From NCBI GenBank assembly GCA_963743525.1, contig CAVUQH010000003.1, forward strand, positions 704,001 through 768,000: a DNA stretch of 64,000 nucleotides, in the 5' to 3' direction. Under the pieces are notes generated by a model that worked only from the letters and a program-made list of their open reading frames with translations, had not been told where the DNA came from and made no database searches. The translations under genes and the position numbers were made by a program. Positions within the stretch are counted from its first letter, which is position 1. Each line of letters begins with the position of its first letter. Source of the DNA: an uncultured delta proteobacterium (GTDB lineage: Bacteria > Myxococcota_A > Polyangia > Haliangiales > Haliangiaceae). This document shows, one piece after another, positions 1 to 12,305 of the stretch.

Positions 1-1328
1 TCGGTGCCGTACAGGTCGACGAACTCCGGCATCGTCATGATGTCGGTGCCGCGGGTGGCCACGGCGTCGGCGCCGCGGCGCTCGAGCAGGAGGATCTCGT
101 CGCGGTCGGTCTGGTTGACGATGACGACCGTCGTCCGATCACCTGGCGCCGCCGGCTGGTGAGCCTCGACGACGATGTGGTGGTCGTCAACGCGCAGCGT
201 ACACGCGCCGTGGGGCACGTCGATCCGCGCGGGCCCGCGCAACGGTCGGGCCAGGTAGCCAACGGCGGGGAACCGGGCGTCGAGGCGCCGGGTCTGGCCG
301 GCTGCGACCTCGATCACCGCGAGCACGTGGGGGCGAAACCACGGCGAGCTGGTGCAGTAGACCCGCTCGGCGACCTCGCGGATGCCGGGATTGACGCGGA
401 ACACCGCCTCGACGTTGTCGGAGAAGTCGACGTCGAAGTCGATGTCGCACACCGCGCAGTGGGCGCGGCGGCCGACCTGATGCAATCGCGGCGCGCTGGC
501 GGCGCCGACGCGACAGCGGGGGCAGTTGAGCTGCCAGCGCAGGTCGAGCATGCCGCTGGTGGCGGCGTGGAGGAACGAGCGCAGCAGCGGGCGCCGGCGT
601 ACGCCCCAGGCGCGGGCCAGGGCGAACGGTCGAATCTGTTCGAGCTCGGCGTCGGGGCGGTGGCGGATCAGCTCGACGATGCGCCGGCGGTGGTCGCCGT
701 CGATCGGCGCGTCGTCCAGCTTGCGCTGGCAGAACGCGAGCGCCTCTTCGCGCACCGGGCTGGCGTCGCCGTCGACGACCGGGTGGGCACTCAGGCCGAC
801 CAGCGCGCGGCGGGCATAGACCGCGGCTGGCTCGTCGATTTCCGCCGCGGGGAACGCTGCCCCCGCGAGCAGCTGTTCCATCGCGTCGAGATAGCGATCG
901 GCCGAGCTGCCCAGGTTGCGCTCCATGCCGGCCGCCAGATTGTCGGGAAGCGGCAGAGTGGGGCGCATGTACGCCCGCAACGTCACCCGCGTGCCGCCGT
1001 CGGCCTGGGCCACGTCGACCCGGTAGCCGGCCACCGACAACGGCCCGGTCAGATAGCGCCGCTCGCCGTGGACGAACTCGCCCTCGAGCCACTCGCCGCG
1101 TTCGAGCCAGGTCGATGGGATGCCGGCGAGCCTGGCGTGGCCGACCATCTGCAGTCCGGGCTCGCCGTCGATTGGCTGGGTCTGGTACGTCGAGGCCCCG
1201 GCGCCCACCACGCGATCCCAGCGATTGGTGTCGCCAGCCAGCGCCCAGACCAGCGCGGGCGGTGCCGAGATCGTTCGCTGTCGCTGTACCGAGAGCTCCG
1301 CCGGCCGACCTTGCCCGTCCCCCGCCAT
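1..1328 (-). CDS. Adenylate/guanylate cyclase-type protein with N-terminal SRPBCC-like and DUF5939-like region; runs off the left edge
   Basis: Own translation of the minus strand from ATG at 1328: MAGDGQGRPAELSVQRQRTISAPPALVWALAGDTNRWDR...IRPFALARAWG...GMLDLRWQLNCPRCR...AHCAVCDIDFDVDFSDNVEAVFRVNPGIR...YCTSSP...TMPEFVDLYGT. This pattern is typical of DUF5939 cyclases. The cyclase domain would lie outside the window. Confidence 0.7.
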   Translation of the reverse strand, partial: MAGDGQGRPAELSVQRQRTISAPPALVWALAGDTNRWDRVVGAGASTYQTQPIDGEPGLQMVGHARLAGIPSTWLERGEWLEGEFVHGERRYLTGPLSVAGYRVDVAQADGGTRVTLRAYMRPTLPLPDNLAAGMERNLGSSADRYLDAMEQLLAGAAFPAAEIDEPAAVYARRALVGLSAHPVVDGDASPVREEALAFCQRKLDDAPIDGDHRRRIVELIRHRPDAELEQIRPFALARAWGVRRRPLLRSFLHAATSGMLDLRWQLNCPRCRVGAASAPRLHQVGRRAHCAVCDIDFDVDFSDNVEAVFRVNPGIREVAERVYCTSSPWFRPHVLAVIEVAAGQTRRLDARFPAVGYLARPLRGPARIDVPHGACTLRVDDHHIVVEAHQPAAPGDRTTVVIVNQTDRDEILLLERRGADAVATRGTDIMTMPEFVDLYGT

Positions 1329-1452
1329 GTCGATCGATTCTAGCGAATATCGGGCACTTCGGGGATGGGTGTGTAAAGGCCGTGTAAGGAGGTGCGGTGG
1401 ACGAGATCGGTTGCGGGGGCCCAGGCGTATCTACCTGCAAGGAGGCACGTCC

Positions 1453-2076
1453 ATGTCAATCAAACCGTTTCTGCTCTCGTTCACCGCAACTGCCCTTCTG
1501 GCCGCGCCGTTCGTCCTTCAGGCCGACGCTCCGCCCCAGCTCGCCGAGGTCCGCGTCGCTCCCGGTCCCGGGCAGGAGACGATGGTCAATGGCATCAACT
1601 TCCATTCGGTGTTGCTGACGCGCGACGCCAAGACCGCGACCCTGCGGGTGACGGCACGAAATCCCACCGCGACGCCGATCCGCACCGAGGTCTCGGCCGA
1701 GCTGATGATGATGCCGCAGACCTCGCCGATGGCGCGCATGGTGCCGCCACCGCGCGAGGTCGCCGCGGCGCCGATCGCGGTCAGCCTGGCTCCCGGCCAG
1801 AAGATCATCCAGACGATCACCGTGAAGTTGCCCGCCGACGTCGCCCAGCAGCTGGCGGCGGCAGACCAGGCCAGGGCGGCGGCAGACAAAGCCAGGGCGG
1901 CCGCCGGCAAGGCCAAGCCGTCGCCCAACAGCGACGCCGAGCTCGCGCTCGAGCTGACGCGCCCGCCGTCGCTCTACACCATGGTTCGCGAGTCGGCGCC
2001 GCCGGTGAAGGCGACCAAGGCAGCCCAGGCCCAGGCCCAGGCGCCGGCCGAGCCCCAGCGCGTGTCGGCGAACTGA
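1453..2076 (+). CDS. Secreted hypothetical protein
   Basis: GGAGG RBS before ATG 1453; signal peptide MSIKPFLLSFTATALLAAPFVLQA; stop 1 bp before the next gene. Confidence 0.7.
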   Translation: MSIKPFLLSFTATALLAAPFVLQADAPPQLAEVRVAPGPGQETMVNGINFHSVLLTRDAKTATLRVTARNPTATPIRTEVSAELMMMPQTSPMARMVPPPREVAAAPIAVSLAPGQKIIQTITVKLPADVAQQLAAADQARAAADKARAAAGKAKPSPNSDAELALELTRPPSLYTMVRESAPPVKATKAAQAQAQAPAEPQRVSAN

Positions 2077-2077
2077 C

Positions 2078-3202
2078 ATGATGAAGCAGATCCTCCTGGG
2101 CGCCGCGCTGGCGGTCGCCGTCGTCCTCAGCATCGGCGCGCTGCGCGCGCGCCCGGCACCCGCCGGGTTCACCGCCGTCGCCGACGACGGCGGCGCGATG
2201 ACGGCGATCGCCATCCACTTCGACCCGCGCGTCGTCGCCGAAGTCGGCGAGACCTACGAGGATCTGCTCCGCGAGCTGCCGTCGGACGTGAAGGTGTACG
2301 TGCTGGTCGAAAAAGCCGCCGACTTCACCAGGCTGCAGCAGCTCGTTGCCGCCTGGCACGTGGCTGGGCCCGACCGTTTCCAGTCGGTGGTGGTCGGCAA
2401 GCGGATCACCACCTGGTCACGCGATCGCTACACCCTGGTCGATAGCAAGAACGGTCCGGTGCTGCTGGTCCCGCCGCGCCCGACCAGGGCCAACCCCGCG
2501 CGCGAGAACGACTGGGACGCGCCGTTCGCCCTGGCCGACGCCGTGCCCGGCCTGCGCACGCACATCGCCGACCTGATGTTCGAGGGCGGCGACATGACCG
2601 TCACGTCGAAGTACGTCTTTGCCACCGCAGTGCTGCGCGAACGCAACGAGGGTGGCGATCTGTACGACCCGCAGGAGCTGCGCGCGTGGCTGCGCCACTA
2701 CACCGGCAAAGAGCCGATCATCCTCGGCGACACCCCGGCCGATGTGCCGGCGCACCACATCGGCATGTTCGTCACGCCGCTCGACGATCACCGCATCATG
2801 GTCGGCGATCCCGACCTGGGGTTGGCGCTGTTCGATCGGTCCAAGAGCGATGCCAGCGTGTTGCCGTACCCGATCGATCGCCGGCAAGAGACGCTGCAGC
2901 GGTTCCGCAACGTCATCAACCAGCTCGACGCCGCCGGTTTCGAGCTCATCCGCGTGCCGCTGGTACCGTTGACCGACGGGCTCACCTACGTCACCTACAA
3001 CAACGTCCTGCTCGAGCACCGCGACGGCGCCGTCCACGCCTACGTGCCCCAGTTTGGCCTTCCCGCGATGGACCAGGCCGGCCGGGACGCCTTTGCCGCC
3101 GCCGGCGTCGTCGTCCATCCGGTCCGGGTCGCCAACATCTACCGCTACAACGGCACGGTTCGTTGCCTGGTCAACATCGTGCACCGCGCCGCGCGCCAGT
3201 AG
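2078..3202 (+). CDS. Agmatine/peptidyl-arginine deiminase-like enzyme (amidinotransferase superfamily), signal peptide
   Basis: Motifs WSRDR, FEGGD, HHIGMF, YNNVL and C-terminal GTVRCL (nucleophile Cys position). Confidence 0.7.
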   Translation: MMKQILLGAALAVAVVLSIGALRARPAPAGFTAVADDGGAMTAIAIHFDPRVVAEVGETYEDLLRELPSDVKVYVLVEKAADFTRLQQLVAAWHVAGPDRFQSVVVGKRITTWSRDRYTLVDSKNGPVLLVPPRPTRANPARENDWDAPFALADAVPGLRTHIADLMFEGGDMTVTSKYVFATAVLRERNEGGDLYDPQELRAWLRHYTGKEPIILGDTPADVPAHHIGMFVTPLDDHRIMVGDPDLGLALFDRSKSDASVLPYPIDRRQETLQRFRNVINQLDAAGFELIRVPLVPLTDGLTYVTYNNVLLEHRDGAVHAYVPQFGLPAMDQAGRDAFAAAGVVVHPVRVANIYRYNGTVRCLVNIVHRAARQ

Positions 3203-3395
3203 TCAGCCGAGGGGCACCGGTCGCGTGCGTTCGATGTTGCCCGCGAGGTCGGGTGGGCACGATTCCGACGGCCAACCCGAGGCGGAAGTCGGCGCGCGTT
3301 GTCATTCGCAACGCGCTGCGCCCTCCCGGACTGGGGTGGAGTCGCGAAATCAGCCTCCTGCGCGTGGCACGCGAGCTGCACCACGCGCGGGTGTC

Positions 3396-4214
3396 ATGCG
3401 TACGATTCCCCCGTTCCTCCTCGCTCTTGCCCTGGCGGCCACCTCCGCGTGCGCCGTCGACGACGGGCCGGTCACCGGGCGCGCCGCGCTGGTGACCTCC
3501 CCCGACCAGCCGGTGCGGTTGCTCCACGCCGAGATGGAGTTCGCCTGCGACTACGACAACACCGGCGCGTGCAACAACCCGCGCTACCGCGTGAACGCTC
3601 TGGTCGAGGTGCAGAACATCGCCTTCGACAAGACGGTCGCGCTGTTCGGCACCTGGGCCTACCGCACCGGCGCCTGGGACAACCTCGCCTTCGGCCAGTA
3701 TGTCGGGCCCGCCGGCGACGGCGCCGAGTACTGGCGGGTGACCAGCGACTGGCACAGCGGATCGCTGTGGGGGCAGACGGCGACCTTCGCGGTTCGCTAC
3801 GACGTCGCCGGCCGCAGCTACTGGGACAACAACGACAGCGGCGACTACTGTCTCGGTCGCAGCCGCAGCCCGTGCAACCAGCAGGTGCTCGGCGCCAGCA
3901 ACGTCGCGCTGACCGAGACCTTTTCCACCGTCGGGCGGTTCACCGGTCGCGTGCAGCTGAAGAACCTCGCCTACGACAAGGTCGTTCGCGTGGTCTACAC
4001 CACCGACGACTGGGCCACGGTCGACGAGACCTACGGCAGCTTCAACTACAGCCAGGGATACGACACCGAGTTCTGGACCTTCGACACCGAGTTGTCGGAG
4101 CTGGCGCGCCAGGTCGAGTTCGCGATCGAGTACCGCGTTGACGGACAGAGCTACTGGGACAACAACGCCCAGCAGAACTACGTCGTCGATATCCCGGCGC
4201 CTGCGCAACCCTGA
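3396..4214 (+). CDS. Lipoprotein with two CBM21-like carbohydrate-binding domains
   Basis: Lipobox-like ATSAC; twice-repeated V.NIAFDK.V / LKNLAYDKVVRVVYTTDDW ... FAV.Y.V.G.SYWDNN..NY. Confidence 0.8.
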   Translation: MRTIPPFLLALALAATSACAVDDGPVTGRAALVTSPDQPVRLLHAEMEFACDYDNTGACNNPRYRVNALVEVQNIAFDKTVALFGTWAYRTGAWDNLAFGQYVGPAGDGAEYWRVTSDWHSGSLWGQTATFAVRYDVAGRSYWDNNDSGDYCLGRSRSPCNQQVLGASNVALTETFSTVGRFTGRVQLKNLAYDKVVRVVYTTDDWATVDETYGSFNYSQGYDTEFWTFDTELSELARQVEFAIEYRVDGQSYWDNNAQQNYVVDIPAPAQP

Positions 4215-4375
4215 GTAATCAGGCGAGGGTGCGACGCATGCGCGGCCATGCTCGCATACCTTCGTTCTGGACACGGTAGTCGGTCGGCGGTTGCTGAAGA
4301 ACCGCGGGTTTCACTGGATCAATGAAGTTCCATACAACCGCTGACCGCAGGCGAATGGCCGAGAGGCGCGATCCC

Positions 4376-5023
4376 TCATCCCGAGCGGGATCGATCGAGG
4401 CGGTCGGCGGCGATGGCGAAGCCGACGTAGCAGAGGAGCCCCACGGCGGCGGTGCGGATGGCCGTCTCCGGGCGGGGCCCGATCAGCGCGGAGCCCTGAA
4501 TGGCGACCATCGCGATGACGAACAGCAGCATGCCGCCGCGACGTGCCGGGCGGGTGGAGCGAAGGTAGAAGGCGACCGCGATCAGCAGTAGCCCCGCCTC
4601 GAGGGCGAAGTTGGCGTACGGGTGGTTCCACAGCCCGAGGCCGACCTTGTCTCGATCGCCGTAGAGCGGCAGGTCGGCGGTGTGCGAGATCAGGTCGGCG
4701 AACCAGTGCGACAGCACCACCGCACCGACGAGCAGCGCCGAGCCGTTCCAGCCCCACCAGCGGCGCCCGAGCATCCACACGATCGCCGCCAGCGCGGCCC
4801 ACCCGACGGTCGCGGTGAGGCCGTGGGAGTAGGGCACGTATTCGAGCACGTAATCGTTGGTGGCCGTGTAGCCGGGCACCAGGTCGACCCGTTCGACGCC
4901 GGCGAACAACAGCAGGCACCAGATGATGTCCATTAGCTGGGCGGCGATGAACAGCGGGCCCAGCCGCAGGCGCGGGTCGATCGCCTTGGCGGCGAAGCTG
5001 GCGCTGTAGTGGCCGACGAACAC
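4376..5023 (-). CDS. Membrane-bound metal-dependent hydrolase-like protein (paralog of 57045-57698)
   Basis: FVGHY...QLMDI...PYSHGL...SHWFADLISH...GLGLWN; several TM segments. Confidence 0.7.
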   Translation of the reverse strand: MFVGHYSASFAAKAIDPRLRLGPLFIAAQLMDIIWCLLLFAGVERVDLVPGYTATNDYVLEYVPYSHGLTATVGWAALAAIVWMLGRRWWGWNGSALLVGAVVLSHWFADLISHTADLPLYGDRDKVGLGLWNHPYANFALEAGLLLIAVAFYLRSTRPARRGGMLLFVIAMVAIQGSALIGPRPETAIRTAAVGLLCYVGFAIAADRLDRSRSG

Positions 5024-5338
5024 CCGTATTCACTACCGAAACCGGGCCGCCGTGGAAAGCCCCTTGCTGGTATCGGTAGGGGCGCTGGGCAATGATTCCT
5101 ACATGTGGCCCCGCCCGTTCGCCAATGCAACAGCAGGATAGCGGCCCCCCACAGGGCCTGAGATTCCCGCGCTTGCGGGTTGGACCTATGAGTTCCAGCG
5201 GGGGAAGGGCGAGCGGGACGCTCGCGGGCAGCTCTTCGGCATCGACCACGACAGGTTCGAGCGCGTGGTGGATGCCAGCGGCACGCCACAGTTGCCCGCG
5301 GGGAAGATCGCATCCCCGCCTCGCGGTATTCTCGGGCC

Positions 5339-6589
5339 ATGCCTCCAGGCCCCGAGCTCGGCGTTGCAAGCACGATCATCTCGCTCGGAGATACCGAGGT
5401 CGCGACCGCGACGCCGGCTCCCGCGGAGGCCGGTGGGGAGAAACCGGGATCCGGCTCTCGCTACACCGTTCTCGACCATCTCGGTCAGGGCGGCATGGGC
5501 ACGGTGCAGCGGGTCTGGGACGCCGACCTGATGCGCGAGCTGGCGGTCAAGCGCCTGCGTCCCGAGCTGCGCGGCTCGTCGCAACTGGTGGACCAATTCC
5601 TGTGGGAGGCGCGGGTCACCGCGTACCTCGATCATCCCAACATCGTCCCGGTCCACGATCTCGGTGTCGCCGACGACGGCGACATCTACTTCACGATGAA
5701 GCGGGCGGCGGGGACGGCGCTCGACAAGGTTCTCGAGCTGTTGCGCGCCGGCGACGACGAGATCGCGGCAGCGATGACCCTGCCGCGCCGCCTGCGCCTG
5801 TTCGATCAGATGTGCAACGCCATCGCCTTTGCCCACGCGCGCGGCGTGCTCCACCGCGATCTCAAGCCGGGCAACGTCGTCCTCGGCGAGCACGGCGAGG
5901 TGCTGGTGATCGACTGGGGCCTGGCCATGCCGCTGCCCGGTCCGCGAGGCGATCGCCTGCGCGAGGCGATGCCGACCGGCCTGGCCGATCTCAGCGCCGG
6001 GACGCCGCTGTACATGTCACCCGAGCAGGCCCGCGGCGAGCCGCTCGACGAGCGCTCGGACGTCTTCACCCTGGGCATCATCCTCTACGAGCTGTGCTCG
6101 CTGGCCACGCCGTTCTCCGGTCCGTCGGCGCCGACGGTGCTCGCGCAGATCGCGGCGGGGGTATCGCGCCCGCTGGCCGAGGTCTGGCCCGACGCGCCGC
6201 CGTCGCTGGTCGCGGTGGTCGAGCGCGCGATCGCCCACGATCCGGCCGATCGCTATCCGACGGTGATGGCGCTGGCCGCCGACGTCGAGCGCATTCTCGA
6301 TGGCCAGACGCCGGACGCGGAGTCGATCTCGGTGGCGCGCCGCTTTGCCCGCTTCTACGTGTCGCGCGATCCGGCCATGGCCCGGATGCGCGTGGTCGAC
6401 ATCGATGTGTGGGTAGCGGGCGGGATGCTCGTCGGTGTCGGCGCCGGCGGTCTCCTCGCCGGCGTGGTCACGACGGCGGCCTTCGTCCCGATTGGTGTGC
6501 TCGGCCTGGCCATTGCTGCGATACCGACCTGGCGCTGGCTGCGCCTGCGCGCCAGGGCCCGGTCGGCGACCGGCGGCAGCGCGCCGTAG
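5339..6589 (+). CDS. Ser/Thr protein kinase with C-terminal TM helices
   Basis: LGQGGMG, AVKRL, HRDLKPGN, DWGLA, GTPLYMSPEQ, SDVFTLG. Confidence 0.93.
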   Translation: MPPGPELGVASTIISLGDTEVATATPAPAEAGGEKPGSGSRYTVLDHLGQGGMGTVQRVWDADLMRELAVKRLRPELRGSSQLVDQFLWEARVTAYLDHPNIVPVHDLGVADDGDIYFTMKRAAGTALDKVLELLRAGDDEIAAAMTLPRRLRLFDQMCNAIAFAHARGVLHRDLKPGNVVLGEHGEVLVIDWGLAMPLPGPRGDRLREAMPTGLADLSAGTPLYMSPEQARGEPLDERSDVFTLGIILYELCSLATPFSGPSAPTVLAQIAAGVSRPLAEVWPDAPPSLVAVVERAIAHDPADRYPTVMALAADVERILDGQTPDAESISVARRFARFYVSRDPAMARMRVVDIDVWVAGGMLVGVGAGGLLAGVVTTAAFVPIGVLGLAIAAIPTWRWLRLRARARSATGGSAP

Positions 6590-6591
6590 CC

Positions 6592-7140
6592 ATGTCGACG
6601 CCGGACCAACCAACCCTGGGCCACCTCCTCTACCGGGCGGCGCGTCAACTGCTGCGCGGGCCCCGTCTCGAGCGCCACGAATGGCTGCTGCTGGTGCCGC
6701 GCATCCAGCCTCGTCCCACCGACTACCGCGACGCGCCGGTTCCGACGGTCGCCGATCTGGTCGAGCGGCTGGAGCGGCTCGGCTATCGTCTCGCCGTGTC
6801 GTCGGCCGATGTGAGGAGCAAGCGCGCCCATTCGCTCGATCTGCGCTCGCCGCTGGCCGGCAGCGCCTTCACCCTGCGCGATCGGCGCCTGGGGCCGGAC
6901 GACAGCTGGGTGACCGTGCGGGTCAGTCAGCTGACCGGCGAGCGCCCTGGGATGGGCTTCGTCGAGGCGCGCGATCGGCGCGGACGCGGCTACGAGGAGC
7001 TGGCGCTCTTCCTCATCTCCGAGCTCGCGACCGTGGTGCCGGGGCTGGCCTACAAGCCGGCCAGCTCGGCGCTGTCGGCCGATCCTGCCGAGCGGCTGCT
7101 CCTGGTCCTTCCCGATCGCCCTGAGTCGCTGAGCTCCTGA
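6592..7140 (+). CDS. Hypothetical protein, probably co-transcribed with the kinase
   Basis: ATG 2 bp after the kinase stop; natural-looking sequence MSTPDQPTLGHLLYRAARQ... Confidence 0.6.
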   Translation: MSTPDQPTLGHLLYRAARQLLRGPRLERHEWLLLVPRIQPRPTDYRDAPVPTVADLVERLERLGYRLAVSSADVRSKRAHSLDLRSPLAGSAFTLRDRRLGPDDSWVTVRVSQLTGERPGMGFVEARDRRGRGYEELALFLISELATVVPGLAYKPASSALSADPAERLLLVLPDRPESLSS

Positions 7141-7263
7141 GCATTCGCCCGGCCGCACGGACATGTCGTTTTTCTGCGCGACATGTGCGGGGAGGTCGCG
7201 TCCGGACCGGGTGAACGCCAACGGCGGGCCCTGGCCCGTCCATCGAATGGAAGGAATTTCGAG

Positions 7264-7885
7264 ATGATGCGACCCACTCTGACCCTGCTCACCCTCTCTG
7301 TCATCGCCACGACGGGCTGCTTCGCGCTGCCGTCGGCCCAGGCACCCAAGACCGGCGCGGTCGCCACTGGCGAGCCGCTCAACGTGGTCAACGACGTCAA
7401 GGTCTGGACCACCACCAGTAAGGAGAAAGTCGGCGAAGCCGTGCACAAGGACGCCGACGGCAACACCGTCGGCAGCACCGATGTCTACGCCGAGAAGACC
7501 CACGTCCACACCCAGAAGGTCTGGTACGTGGTGCAAGGGCCGGAGCAGATCGCCGACGAGGATTTCTTCCGCATCGCCGGCGATCAGCAGGCGGTCGACC
7601 TGACCCTGAAGATGCGCCAGGAGGGACGCCGGCAGAACCGCAACGGCAAGATCGCCATGGGCGCCGGCATCGTCGGCATGATCGCCGGCTTCTTCGTGCC
7701 GCAGCCGATCATCCGCACCGTGCTGCTGGTCGGCGGCGGCCTGACGGTGAGCGGCGGCTGGTACTGGGCCTACGCCGGCGCCAAGAAGATGGAGCCGGAG
7801 ACTCACGCGGTCCAGCGGTCGATGGCCGAGCGCGCTGCGCGCGACTACAACCAGGGGCTCGGCTCGACCAGCACCAACGTCGGCA

Positions 7886-7908
<23 letters not shown>
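7264..7908 (+). CDS. Hypothetical lipoprotein/membrane protein
   Basis: Lipobox-like IATTGC, two TM segments, C-terminal SGKF; strong GC3 bias. Confidence 0.7.
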
Positions 7909-9817
<1,909 letters not shown>

Positions 9818-9818
9818 G

Positions 9819-10710
9819 CTACTCCGCTCGGCTCCGCGCCTCGAGCACCCGCACGATGCTCACGTCGAGCTGGCTGGCGATGAGGCGCATGATGCTGCCG
9901 AGCTCGCCGTCATCGACCGACAGCTGGTCTGCCAGCCGCTCGCGGGTCGCCGACAACAGCGCCTCGCGCGCGGCGGCGACTCGGCGGGCCGCCGTCGAAC
10001 CGGTGGATGCCGTAGAGCCCGGCAATCTGATCGATGGTGAGCCCGGCGACCAGGTGCTGGCGCAGAGCGTTGCGCTGCTGGCTGGTGAGCGAGGCGATCG
10101 CCTGCTCGAAGGCGGCCTTGAACGCCGCGCGATAGTGGCGCTTGAGGTAGGCCAGCTCGACGTCGTCGTCCGGATCCGCGACCATCATCAGGCCGCCAGC
10201 GCCGCCGACTTCGCGCCGTCCGGGCGCGCGCCGGGTGGCGTCGAGGAACGTCCGCACCGCGGTGATGCGCACCCAGTTCTGCAGGAAGCCGAGCCCCGAG
10301 TAGTCGGCGATCTTCGGTCGGGCGCCGGCCGGTGCCACCAGGATCTTCTCGCGCACCTGCTGGCCGATGTCCTCGACGTCGAGGCCGGTGCGGCGGAAGC
10401 GTGCCGCCACGGCGTCGATGTCCTTGCCGTACTCGGCCTCGAACGCGGCGACCGCCGCCGCCTCGCCGGCCGCGCAGCCACACGCCAGGTAGAGGTCGTC
10501 GGTGTGTAGGCCGGCCAGCGTGCCGCCCGTCGCCCGCGCCGCCAGATAGCGCGCGAACATGACATCGTCGACCTCGACCCCCGGCCAGCGCAGGCGCGCG
10601 CCGGCGTGCGCGGCGGACAACGCCTCGTCGAGCTCGGGCAGGGCGCCGGCGTCAGCGCGCTGGTCCTCGTCCAGCGCGGCCAGGAAGTCGCTGCCCAGCG
10701 CACCTGCCAT
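9819..10710 (-). CDS. Myxobacterial ECF-type sigma-70 factor (frameshift near 9990)
   Basis: DDLYLACGCAAGEAAAVAAFE, KIADYSGLGFLQNWVRITAVR, LTIDQIAGLYGIHR. The other frame supplies STAARRVAAAREALL...LIASQLDVSIVRVL. Confidence 0.8.
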
Positions 10711-10910
10711 GCGCCGGAGCGTACCGCGTACGCCCGCTCGCGCCAGCCGATTGCGCCGCGGACGCGCGGCTACGGCACCATCGAGGTCACCATCCCGCTC
10801 AGGGCGAACTGTTCTTGCACGACGCGTTCCACAGCCGGGGCCCGGTCGTCGCCCTCGGAGTTGGTATGGGCGGTTCCCTGTCGCCGGCGCGTGAGGCTAC
10901 CATCGCCCGC

Positions 10911-11534
10911 ATGGCGATCAAGCTTCTCCATCACCCCTACTCGCGCGCGGCAGCTACGCTCTGGGTGCTCGAAGAGGTCGGCTGCGACTACGAGCTCGAG
11001 TACGTCGATCTCATGCGCGGCGAGCAGAAGGAGACCCGCGTCCGAACCCTGAACCCGATGGGCAAGTTGCCCACGTTGATCGACGGGGATGCGGTCATTT
11101 CGGAGGCTGCGGCCATCGCCGTCTATCTGGCGGATCGCTACGCGCCGGGCAGGCTGGCTCCGGCCCTCGATGCGCCGGAGCGGGGCACCTATCTGCGGTG
11201 GTCGTTCTATGCGCCGTCGGTGATCGAGCCCGGCTGCATGGCCCACGCGAGCAAGTGGGAATACCGCGCCAGCTCGGCGGGATTCGGCACCTACGACGAA
11301 ATGCTCGACACCATCTCCGCCGCCATCGGCGACGGGCCGTGGCTGCTCGGCGAGCAGTTCTCGATGGCCGACGTCATCTTTGGCGGAACCGTCCGCTACA
11401 TGACCATGTTCGGCATGCTCGACGAGCGTCCCGAGTATGTCGCCTACGTCGAGCGGTTGTCTGCGCGGCCCGCCGCGCAACGCGCCCAGGCGATCAACGA
11501 CCGCATCGTCGAAGAACGTGGCCTGAAGCGGTAG
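10911..11534 (+). CDS. Glutathione S-transferase family protein
   Basis: SRA...LEEVG...NPMGKLPTLIDG...SEAAAIAVYLAD; WLLGEQFSMADV. Confidence 0.93.
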   Translation: MAIKLLHHPYSRAAATLWVLEEVGCDYELEYVDLMRGEQKETRVRTLNPMGKLPTLIDGDAVISEAAAIAVYLADRYAPGRLAPALDAPERGTYLRWSFYAPSVIEPGCMAHASKWEYRASSAGFGTYDEMLDTISAAIGDGPWLLGEQFSMADVIFGGTVRYMTMFGMLDERPEYVAYVERLSARPAAQRAQAINDRIVEERGLKR

Positions 11535-11548
11535 CTCGCCCGGCGCTG

Positions 11549-12133
11549 CTACTCGGTCTGGTTCCAGCGCTGGACGATGCGCTGCTCGCGGCGGTAGCCG
11601 AGCACGCTCACCGACGCGGTGTCGAGCACGAACACCCGGCCCCACGCCGCCTCCAGGCCCACCCAGCGGGCGGCCAATACCGCCAGAACGTGGGCGTGGG
11701 CGAACAACGCGACCCGACCCTTCTGCGCCACGGCTCGCTCGATCACCCGGTCCGCGCGAGCGCCGACCGCGTCGACGCTCTCGCCGTCGACCACCCCGTC
11801 GCGCCAGATTTCCCAGCCCGGCCGCTCGCGCCGGATGTCGACCGTGGTCCGCCCTTCGTACTCTCCGTAGTCCCATTCGCGAAGGTTGGGCTCGATTGCG
11901 GCGGCGTCGCTGAAGCCAGCCAGCTCGCATGTCTCGCGCGCTCGCTGCAGCGGGCTGGTCATCACCAGCGAGAAATCCGTCTCGGCCAGACGCGTCCGCA
12001 ACCGGTCTGCCCGCTCGCGTCCCGTCGCGGTGAGCGCCAGGTCAGTGAGACCGGTGTGCTTGTGAGCGGTGCTCCACTCGGTCTCGCCGTGGCGAATCAG
12101 CCAGAGCTCGTGCTGATCCATCAGACCGTGCAC
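11549..12133 (-). CDS. Histidine phosphatase (phosphoglycerate mutase family)
   Basis: RHGETEWS, TSPLQRARET, LREWDYGEYEG, FAHAH. Confidence 0.92.
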   Translation of the reverse strand: MHGLMDQHELWLIRHGETEWSTAHKHTGLTDLALTATGRERADRLRTRLAETDFSLVMTSPLQRARETCELAGFSDAAAIEPNLREWDYGEYEGRTTVDIRRERPGWEIWRDGVVDGESVDAVGARADRVIERAVAQKGRVALFAHAHVLAVLAARWVGLEAAWGRVFVLDTASVSVLGYRREQRIVQRWNQTE

Positions 12134-12305
12134 GGCTCCCTTACTACCATCCAGGGCTTGCTGTCCGCCCGGGCAAATGTGAAGAATCCCTCGTGATTCT
12201 CGCCGTATCCGGAGCGGCGGGAGGGCTTCGAGAAAGCGGGCAAGAATCGTCTGTTTCGAGGGGGTTTTCCACTAACCCTGGGCGTAACATGGCTGGAAAC
12301 TCGCA

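Noticed and set aside
159..1343. Plus-strand 394-aa ORF (and similar long antisense ORFs such as 7985-9883, 12144-14363 and 54959-56974)
   Set aside because: Antisense shadows of real high-GC genes, with no motifs of their own.
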